From NCBI GenBank assembly GCA_034780895.1, contig JAUZTB010000074.1:26479134-26543133 (forward strand): a stretch of DNA of 64,000 bases. The letters run 5' to 3'. The position numbers and the translations under genes are program-made. Under the pieces are notes generated by a model. It was not told where the DNA came from, searched no databases, and worked only from the letters and a program-made list of their open reading frames with translations. Each line of letters starts with the position of its first letter. Within the stretch, counting starts at the first letter, position 1. Source of the stretch: Rhynchobatus australiae. Its lineage: Eukaryota. Below are positions 54,912-64,000 of the stretch, piece by piece.

Positions 54912-56615
54912 GTAACTCGGCAAAGGCTCCAACGTCAGTCTGGACCTGTCAGCGTTGGAGACCCGAGGAATCAACTGGGGGGAAGAAAGGACAGGGGGCC
55001 AGGTTTGGCCTGGTAGCCCCAGTCATTGAAGAGCAGACCCTCGGGGTTGAGGATGACTTACTCAGATTTCAGATCAGTTTGTTGTCACATACACCAGGGC
55101 GCAATGAAATTCCTTGCTCGCGAGAAGCTCACAGTGTAATGGCTGTAGGTGGCAATAATACACACAACAGTGGGTGCAGTGACGAGCACAAAACAACAGA
55201 AGGGGCAGAGGTGGTGCAGCAGAACAAAATACTAAAGTGGCAATGACGGAGTAACCGGAAGAGGTAGAATTAAGCATCTGAGAATGTGGCAGAGTCACCG
55301 GGAAGAGGGTGTGGAAGTACGTGGACCCATCCCCGCGCAGCTGATGAGCGACAGGAGCTGCTGCCTGACCTGCTTAGTTTTTCCAGCATTTTCCATTTTC
55401 TGTTTCTTATATAACTGAGTTGGCTCAGTGTTTTCTTATCCTACAAGACCAGCCTGTCAGGCAGGTCCCACCACCTTACCGTTAACAACTCGTTACGCAG
55501 ACCTAGAATCTGAAGGCACTGATAACTGTCCCCATGCTCTTTGCTCTGCACACCCCTTCCGCCAGCTTCTCTCCTACTGAGGCATAACTTGCGCCCCTCT
55601 CCCAGTTCCGATGGAGGGTTGACTGTTTCCCCCTCCACAGGCACTGCCTGACCTGCTGAGTGTTTCCAGCGTTCTCTCTTTTTGTTTCGGATGTCCAGTG
55701 TCCGCATTTTTTTTTTGATTTTCAAGGCAGGTATTGGTCTGTTCACCTCAGCATTAGTCATGAGTGAACCTTAATCCTGAGGGTTGCTGGGGATCTTGGA
55801 CGTGCCACAGAGAAGGTCAATTCTGGCCCACACGGGATGTCCAATCACAACCGCCTCCAGTAGTGTATGCTCTAGAGTGACCAGTGCTATCACACCATAC
55901 CATTTCTTCCATGGGCCTGGAGCTCTGGGTTTTTGCTGTACCTCTGCACCCATCCCAATGGCATCGGTTGACTCAAAACAACCTTGGAATCAAGCTCCTC
56001 GCTGGATAAACTGGCTGAGATTGATTGAAAACCTACTGAAGCTTAATGTGGGGGAAGAACAGCTCTGGGTGTTGAGTGGTAGTGACAAAAACATAATTGC
56101 TCTTAGTGATAGGAGTGAAGTCGACAGGAGTGAAGACCGGGGTTTAGAGTGGCAGTGTGACGGACTGTGGAACCAAGATGAATATCTCAGTCCAAGTGAC
56201 TGGGTTCCAGAGTCTAACTTATCCGTCGAGGCCACGTGTGGAGAGGGGAAGGGTGAATGTCTGAAGTTGACGACTTTCCGTCAGCACCGGAAGGTGTTCG
56301 ATACAAGCAGGTGCTGAAGAATGACAGAGCCCTGGAAAACGGAGTGGGCCAGAGTGTCGACGTGATACAGTGAAGTGTTTTGTGTGATCCTGGCCCGTGT
56401 CATTGCTGTATGTCGATTCATAGGGTCATACAGCATGACATGCCGACCAGGATGTCTATCTGAGTTAGTCCCGTTTGCCCCATATCCCTCTAAACCTCTC
56501 CTACCCATGTACCTGTCTCTTAAATGTTGTTTGTCTCAAAGGGATACAGAGTGACAGCCACTTCAGCTTTTCAAACATGACGATAACTGGTTCCTCTCAT
56601 TGTTTTTTGTTCAAG

Positions 56616-56823
56616 GTCTCCACCAGAATGGAGTCCTCAAGGGTCCACAGAACAATTCCCAACGGCCATCCGTAAACAACCGGGCCAACCAGCGAGCCCC
56701 CCACCAGAGCGCGGCCACCGGTCGACCAGCTTTGCCAAGACCCGGCACCCAGCTCCGTGACAGGAATGCCCGGGTCCAAAACAATCTGGATTTCTTGAAA
56801 GTGCCGGAGCAGGGAGCTGCAGG
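56616..56823 (+). CDS. MYO1E: Myosin IE exon 26 (TH2)
   Basis: tcaag|GT CTC...GCA GG|gtaagt, 208 nt; (G)LHQNGVLKGPQNNSQRP...LDFLKVPEQGAA(G). Confidence 0.94.
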
Positions 56824-57329
56824 GTAAGTGTTAGCTGTGGGGGTTCTTGGCTGCTGCCACCACGTTCCATCTCCGGGGAAATAGGCAGCATCTGATGACG
56901 TCCCACTTCACTGTTGGATGTATTGGGATCCCATTTAGGGGACAGACTCAGGCTGGTTTAGAAACCTCTGCACACCAAGTGCACTGTCATGTGCTCTTCC
57001 ATCCTGCAGTATAACAGGCTCTCTGCGAATGGTGGCAGGCTCTCTTGATACTGTCTTCTGTCAGCAGCAGTATCTTTGTGTAACTGTCCTGTCCAATGAG
57101 GTGTACCGTGTCCCGTTATCTCTGCTTGGAGGTACAGGACACCTTGTGCTTTGAGATCTGTGATACAGATGAGAGCTTTTCCAACGTGGAAATGTGACAG
57201 GTGTTATAAAACTTAGCAAAGCACTGACTCACTTCCCGGTCCACACCCTAAAATTCTCTTGTGAAGGAAATGAGCACCAGTGAACAATGTCAGCATTCAT
57301 ACAACCAGGCCTACTCCTGGTGTCAGGGA

Positions 57330-57840
57330 CATCGAAAAGCACAGTACAGGCCCTTCAGCCCACAATGTTGTGCTGACGTTTTATCCTGCTCTAAGATCTA
57401 TCTAACCCTTCCCTCACACATAGCCCTCCATTTCTCTGTCATTCATGTATCTATCTGTCAAGTCACCTCTCATCCTCCTTCTCTCTGAAGGGAAAAGCCC
57501 TAACTCACTCAACCTATCCTCATAAGACACGCTCTCCAATCCAGTCAGCCTCCCGGTATATCTCCTCTGTACCCTCTCTAAAGCTTCCATATCCTTCCTA
57601 TAATGAGGAGACCAGAACTGAACACATTACTCCAAGTGTAGTCTAACCAGAGTTCTATGGAGCTGCAACATCACCTCGTGGCTCTTGAACTCAATACCCC
57701 ANNNNNNNNNNNNNNNNNNNNNNNNNNNNNNNNNNNNNNNNNNNNNNNNNNNNNNNNNGGCAACATCCTGGTAAATCTCCTCTGCACCCTCTCTAAAGCT
57801 TCCACATCCTTCCTATAGTGAGGCGACCAGAACTGGACAC
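57330..57840 (-). mobile_element. CR1-like LINE 3' fragments
   Basis: Reverse complement of the QFWSPHYRKDVEALERVQRRFTRML-coding segment, present twice around a gap. Confidence 0.85.
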
Positions 57841-58221
57841 TCCGGCACAGACTCCATCCAGCCTTTTCCCCTCATCCTGTCCTGCAAACTCTTAAACTGA
57901 CTTTTACCAATGTCACCAGCAGCAAGTTCTGAGCATCAGTGCAGACCAATAATCTACTTCACTGGGTCCCGTAACATGACACTGTCCAGCCGGCCTCCCC
58001 TCTTAACCCCCAGGGATCTGGACTGCACCAGCCACAAATGAAGGAAATGCTCCCCCTGCTGGTGTGCTCCATTGATACCTCTCACAGACTGAAAAGTGGT
58101 GAAAATATGCTCAAGATATTGTAAAAAAACTGTGTTAAGTTAATCCAATTATTAATAATGATGAGAAATACTTTAACAGAAGGAATATTTGTCTCGTCTG
58201 TTTTGCTGTATTAACTTACAG

Positions 58222-58230
58222 CAATTACAA
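58222..58230 (+). CDS. MYO1E: Candidate 9-nt alternative microexon in intron 26
   Basis: ttttgctgtattaacttacag|CAATTACAA|gtgagtgcatg; symmetric phase 2, adds N-Y-K with no stop. Confidence 0.4.
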
Positions 58231-58270
58231 GTGAGTGCATGTGTGTATTAAAATCTCTTCCTTTTTATAG

Positions 58271-58306
58271 CAACCGTACTGGAATGACACGACCAAGTGA
58301 AGGAAA
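58271..58306 (+). CDS. MYO1E: Candidate 36-nt alternative exon in intron 26
   Basis: tctcttcctttttatag|CAACCGTACTGGAATGACACGACCAAGTGAAGGAAA|gtgagt; phase 2/2, adds NRTGMTRPSEGK with no stop. Confidence 0.6.
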
Positions 58307-60195
58307 GTGAGTCAAGAACGATACTGTTGGGTGGTGGCTTGGGTGCTGTGCTTCGAGAATAAATTCTGCTGATTTGTTTTAAATTAATATTTTAAACTAT
58401 GCAATAGGTTTGGTAGTTGATCATTGGTTGCATTTCTAATGGTGACATAGATTTTGATGCTAACCGAACCAATCATGGGAATGAGAGAGTGATATTTCTG
58501 ATGTTAATGAAATACTAATATCATTAAAAGCAATCATCATCAATATGATCACTTTAAGCAGTTATAAAGGAGATGGAGAATGTGTGAACTTAGTTTACAG
58601 TACCTTTCCGGTTCTGTCTAGGCTCCTTTTAAAAGAAAACATGAAGTTTTAAACAGGAACATGTTGCAGGATTGGCGGATATACATCATTATACACAATC
58701 AATGCACTTCCAAGGACTGAAATCTAGTCGTAAACCTGAGGGGTGCTGATGAGGGGCTGGGAGAACCAGCTTCTCCTGAGAGGCCTGTTGATCAAAGGAC
58801 TCAGGTGCACGATATTTAACAGCAAAAGGCCTGGGGGAAAATGAGATATCATTTTCTTTTAACCAGGGGGATTGTTCTCTGTCAGCAAAGAGGATAGTGG
58901 AAGCATGTTCGATCAATGTTAAACAAAAATGGATATCCCCTTGACCGCTCAGGATTTGGAGGAAATCTGTAGGAACTGGGACTAATTAGATGGCTCTGTA
59001 ACAGGACGTTTGTCTGGCCTGTTTTGCTGTGGTATTGCAATATTTATTTGTGTGTGTGTGTGAGATGCATCAGACATGGAAGGCCAAAGGTCTCTGTGTT
59101 GGATGGTTCTGCGTAAACGCCATTCGCAGTCAGGCTTCCTGTGAAGCTGAGGGTTAAGGTGGATGGGAACAGACTGTATACTTTTACTTTGCATGGGATG
59201 GAGGGCACCATTTCTCCCGCAGAACTCTAGGTCAGTCACTAGATTGCACTGTGCTTGGGTGCACTTGTTGACAAAATAGAACGTAGACGATGTTGAGGAA
59301 ACGGATGTGNNNNNNNNNNNNNNNNNNNNNNNNNNNNNNNNNNNNNNNNNNNNNNNNNNNNNNNNNNNNNNNNNNNNNNNNNNNNNNNNNNNNNNNNNNN
59401 NNNNNNNNNGTAGACGATGTTGAGGAAACGGATGTGGATGTGTGAGGAAAACCCTGTATCAATTTGCAGAAAAAACACTGATTAATGTAAGTTGTAAACA
59501 AGTCAGTAGAACTTCCATTTACCAATTTAAGAAAAGTTAAGATGTCATGTTTAGAGACGACATTAACAATTCAACAGGAAAGTGTTGATGTTAGGAGTAA
59601 GAAAATGGAAGATTTTGGGAGGTTTAAATTAGGTGTCAGAGCAGGCTTGGGGGAGGATTTGAAGGGAAGAGCACAAGTTCCAGATGTCCTTCCTTGAAGG
59701 AAGGATTCGGGGAGTGGTGAGACAAGGACGAGCTGGGGTTGAGATCAGTCAAAAACAATACAGTGTCCAAAGACACCTTTATTCAAAGGTTTCATGCTTT
59801 GCGGCTTGTTTATGTTGGAGAGTCGCTTTCTGTGTAGATTGTTGCTGATTATACAATGGAGTGTCCCAGCCATTTGCCACAATCGTATGCAGCCCAGTAA
59901 ACAATACCGCCAAACTCAAACAGTTCTGTTCACAGCTTGCTGGCTCACTCTAAATTCAGGTCACCTCCACCACGTTGCTCCGAGGTGTGCCTCACGGATG
60001 GATAATTCCAGGGGTTGGAAATTATTGGGCATGTTATGTCGATCTTATAGGGGGCATGGGTGGACAAAGAGCTTGGACACTCTGCATCTGTAATTTTTCC
60101 TTCCCTAGTCTTTCCCTTGTTAGAAGTAGGAAACTAGAAGTGGAGGCTCTGGGGGAGAGCAGCTGTCTCACTACTTCAGTTTTGTTTTGCTCTAG

Positions 60196-60365
60196 GGCGC
60201 ACAGGCAAATGTCAAGTCGGCCACCCCCGGCAGGAGGTCGACCAAAGCCCCAGCCCAAGCCTAAGCCTCAGGTACCACAGTGCAAAGCGCTCTATGCGTA
60301 CGATGCTCAGGACACAGATGAACTTAGCTTTAATGCTGATGACGTTATAGAAATTGTAAAAGAAG
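60196..60365 (+). CDS. MYO1E: Myosin IE exon 27 (end of TH2, start of SH3)
   Basis: tctag|G GCG...GAA G|gtaagt, 170 nt; [56 protein letters not shown]. Confidence 0.97.
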
Positions 60366-61651
60366 GTAAGTCTCTAAACACATTCTCCTGACTTGCGGTT
60401 TAACTATTGTTGCAAAGTTTTAAAAAACACTCTGCTCCCTTTTTAAGTGACCACTATCTGTAGACTGTACCCTGGTGCCAGCCCCAGGAATAATGATTGG
60501 CAGTCCTTAACCAACTCTAAAAATGAGCATTATTTAAATTTCCAATAAAGGAACACAGCTGGCCAGTGTCTTTGTAACTTATTTAGCGTGTTTTTCTACT
60601 GTTTCTGCTGATTTCAGGTATGCTCCATATTTGGTCCAGTGGAGCAGTACTTAACAATATCTTCACTTGTCTCAATTTTAACCTCATGAAATGTCTTCTA
60701 AATACCACGTGTACAATTGGCATTGATACTCCTCAAAGACCGCAAAAGAAATTTGTCATCATAGTTGTGTGTAGTTTGGTGAAAGTGTTATTGTGGGCTA
60801 TTACACAGAGGGTGAAGCCAAGCTGTCCTTCAACATGATGCAGATTGATGAAGAAAGAACTCGCAATTTCCTCTGTCGTGCCCAAAGTACTTTAAAGGTG
60901 ATTAATCAGCAAATGTAGTTAGTTATATAAAAAAGCAGCTGCCAAATGTGCAAGATCTGACAGATGTGAGATGTCACAAATCAACCAATATTTTAATAGC
61001 CTTAATTGAAGGATAGGTTTTGGCCGGGACACCAGGTAACCCTTCCTGCTGGTGTTGTGAGAAGATATCCGTCCGAGAGGACCAATGAAACATGACTCAA
61101 ACATCGCACCTAAAAGTAAACCTTATTTGCTTTCGGGGATGGGAGACGGGTAGCAATGGAAATACCTCACGCTTCTTGTTCTTTTTACACCATGGATCCC
61201 CTTTCAACACGTAACCTTGGGTGCAGTACTGAGAGAGTACTGCACTGTCTTTCTAATGCTATGTTAGAAATAGGCTCCACCTATTCTCCAAGGGAAATGT
61301 AGACCGTTCCCTGGCATTAAAGAACAGGACAGTCCCTGTAACCTGGCTAACATTTATCGCTCACCTAATCACACAGAGACGCTTACTAGTTATCTAATAG
61401 GGGAAAGTTTGTGGGATCTTGCTGTGCAAGTTGGTTGGTCACTGAAGCGCATGCTTCAGTGCAGATACAATGATAGTACTGGGAAAGCTCAGCCCTACAG
61501 AGTGCAACTTTGTGCAGCAGGTAACAACTCTCTCTTGTCGGGGTCAAATGAATCACCACTGGAGCCCAGGAGAACTGTAACATAAGGGGATAAGCACCGA
61601 GCTCGAATACACACACACACACTGACTTCACGACAGACCTGTTCTCATTGA

Positions 61652-61813
<162 letters not shown>

Positions 61814-62665
61814 AACTGCTATTATTAGAATATATGGACAAACCAAAAGGAAGCACGGCACAGACAGCAATCCTACAGTGATAAGGACACACTGTATATG
61901 TTTGTAAATGCATGAATCTGCACAAACCTGTAGTCTGGAGCTACATCCGTGATGGACTGAAGGAACTGTAATTTATTGTATTTATACTTTTTCCCTCTAC
62001 AAGATGTATAGCTGGTAGTTTAGAAGAATGTTGCATAACATACCTGTGTAAAGGATTCTTATTTTTGCTGTTTTTCATCAAATATAGCTTTACTCTTTAT
62101 AATTTTAGTAATCTGCTATTTCTTCAGAAATACTAGTGATGGAATCTAAAACTTCCCTTTTGAAGTAAGTTCTGAGTTGGGACAGACACTGAACTTTGCT
62201 GCTGACTCATGTACGAGGAATGTTTGCTGCACTTAATGCCCAATGGAATGGGATGTTCTGTTTTGAAAATAATTTAAAACTATCAAACTTTCTACCAGGG
62301 TCCACGGGAGTACTGTAGACTGCATTGGTGACCAGTCTACCCAGTACTGTAGAAATGAAGCAAATTGCATTTTAGTGCCTTATTGCATAAATGTGGCTGG
62401 TCCATATTAAATGCTGTATTTGATGTAAAGTTGAGGTTAGAGAACTATTTCACTTTCCCCTTTAACTGTATTAGATACTGGATTCTACAACTTGTGTCTA
62501 AATGCATAGTCTACTTTTTTGTCCCCCCTACTAGAACCCAGAAACATTGTCAGATCTTTACTGTGCATTTTCTCTTTGGCCAATGTGTTGAATTTTATAA
62601 ATTTATATGAACAAACTCTTAATGTAGGACTGATTAAATAAACAATTCAATATATCCAAAAAAGT
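61814..62665 (+). other. MYO1E: MYO1E 3' UTR (end approximate)
   Basis: AT-rich, repeat-free sequence from the stop codon to the poly(A) signal. Confidence 0.7.
62633..62642 (+). terminator. Polyadenylation signal (overlapping ATTAAA and AATAAA)
   Basis: attaaataaa; GT/T-rich tract downstream at about 62727-62750. Confidence 0.65.
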
Positions 62666-62877
62666 CTTTTGATCTGAGATTTGACTAATGCTAATTAGCT
62701 AGTGGGTTACAAGTTCAGCTTTGACAGTGGGTTTGTTTGATTGTTCATTTTCTGCATTTCCATTATAGAAGAGAAAATTCTGCAACAAAAGCACACTGCC
62801 AGTTCCCAACCAAAGTTCATTTTAACTCCCAAGATTACACCACAAGCACATTCAGTAGTCAAAGGAATTGTCTTGCG

Positions 62878-63470
62878 AACAGGAGCCGGGAGGTATTGCT
62901 GCAGCTATATAGGTCCCTGGACAGACCCCACTTGGAGCACTGTGCTCAGTTCTGGTCACTTCACTACAGGAAGGATGTGGAAGCCATAGAGAGGGTGCAG
63001 AGGAGATTTACGAGGATGCTGCCTGGAATGCGGAGCATGCCTTATGANNNNNNNNNNNNNNNNNNNNNNNNNNNNNNNNNNNNNNNNNNNNNNNNNNNNN
63101 NNNNNNNNNNNNNNNNNNNNNNNNNNNNNNNNNNNNNNNNNNNNNNNNNNNNNNNNNNNNNNNNNNNNNNNNNNNNNNNNNNNNNNNNNNNNNNNNNNNN
63201 NNNNNNNNNNNNNNNNNNNNNNNNNNNNNNNNNNNNNNNNNNNNNNNNNNNNNNNNNNNNCAGAGAGCGGTGAGTGCGTGGAATGGGCTGCCGGCAACGG
63301 TGGTGGAGGTGGATACGATGGGGTCTTTTAAGAGACTTTTGGATAGGTACATGGAGCTGAGTAAAATAGAGGGCTATGGGTAATCCTAGTAATTTCTAAG
63401 GTAGGAACATGTTCGGCACAGCTTTGTGGGCCGAAGGACCTGAATTGTGCTGTAGGTTTTCTATGTTCTA
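62878..63470 (+). mobile_element. CR1-like LINE 3' end (gapped)
   Basis: RSREVLLQLYRSLDRPHLEHCAQFWSLHYRKDVEAIERVQRRFTRMLPG; tail ctatgttcta. Confidence 0.92.
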
Positions 63471-63831
63471 ACTTGTGATCATGAATGAAATAGAAGAAAC
63501 ACGTGGCTTTGTGGCGAGACTTGTTTCAAGAAAGCAAGAATGACACACTTCTGGTACACAAGCCAAGCACACGACCTATGACTAAACAGTTGGACAAACT
63601 GAACAATACAGTAATAGAGAGGTTAACTGCTATTATGTGGCAGCCATAAAAACCATCAAATGGAGACTTCTCATGAAGTAGGAATTGAGATTCTAATTGC
63701 CTATTGTTGAACCTTAACTAGAAGAGTGTCTAGCTGGGTACATGTGCCTGTGCAGGAGAAGGTCAGAGTCCCTTTGAGATCCATGAGCACATGGCTTTGG
63801 ATCAAAAGTAGAACCAAACCTCAGATTATTA

Positions 63832-63992
63832 CAGTGGTGCTGGAGGCAGGTACATTGGTCAAATCCAAGAGGTTGCTAGATAAGCATATGGAGGAATTTA
63901 AAACAGAGGGATATGGGGTTAGATAGTCTCAGGTGAGGTTTAAAGGTCGGCACAACATTGTGGGCCGAAGGGCCTGTGTTGTGCTATGATAT
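63832..63992 (+). mobile_element. CR1-like LINE 3' tail
   Basis: gtggtgctggaggcaggtacattgg...gtgggccgaagggcctg. Confidence 0.8.
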
Positions 63993-64000
63993 GAAAACTC

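Noticed and set aside
61221-61245. Perfect hairpin gtgcagtact-gagag-agtactgcac
   Set aside because: Corresponds to the internal palindrome of the Deu-domain-like SINE family seen elsewhere in the window.

Overview
Vertebrate genomic DNA, most likely a cartilaginous fish (shark/ray, inferred from V-domain/HE1-like and Deu-domain SINEs plus CR1-like, RTE and Penelope elements), from a gapped draft assembly. The window holds the 3' ~85% of a long-tailed class I myosin gene, MYO1E, on the + strand. I mapped 22 coding exons by hand (numbered 7-28 by analogy to the human gene as I recall it), followed by the stop at 61811-61813 and a 3' UTR with AATAAA at 62637. All splice phases join in frame except exon 18. 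Main observations: (1) exon 18 lacks its acceptor and first 7 codons (VKHQVEY); (2) intron 26 holds an in-frame 9-nt microexon and an in-frame 36-nt exon only 40 nt apart, with UGC and UGCAUG motifs, suggesting a mutually exclusive splice switch in the TH2 tail; (3) intron 21 may hold a decayed antisense gene (C-type-lectin-like exon, Ser/Thr stalk, TM helix, KRRR); (4) intron 16 holds one RTE LINE split into two oppositely oriented halves in twin-priming geometry, carrying a 33-bp minisatellite. There are no prokaryotic features or CRISPR arrays. Repeat boundaries and family names are approximate and assigned by eye.
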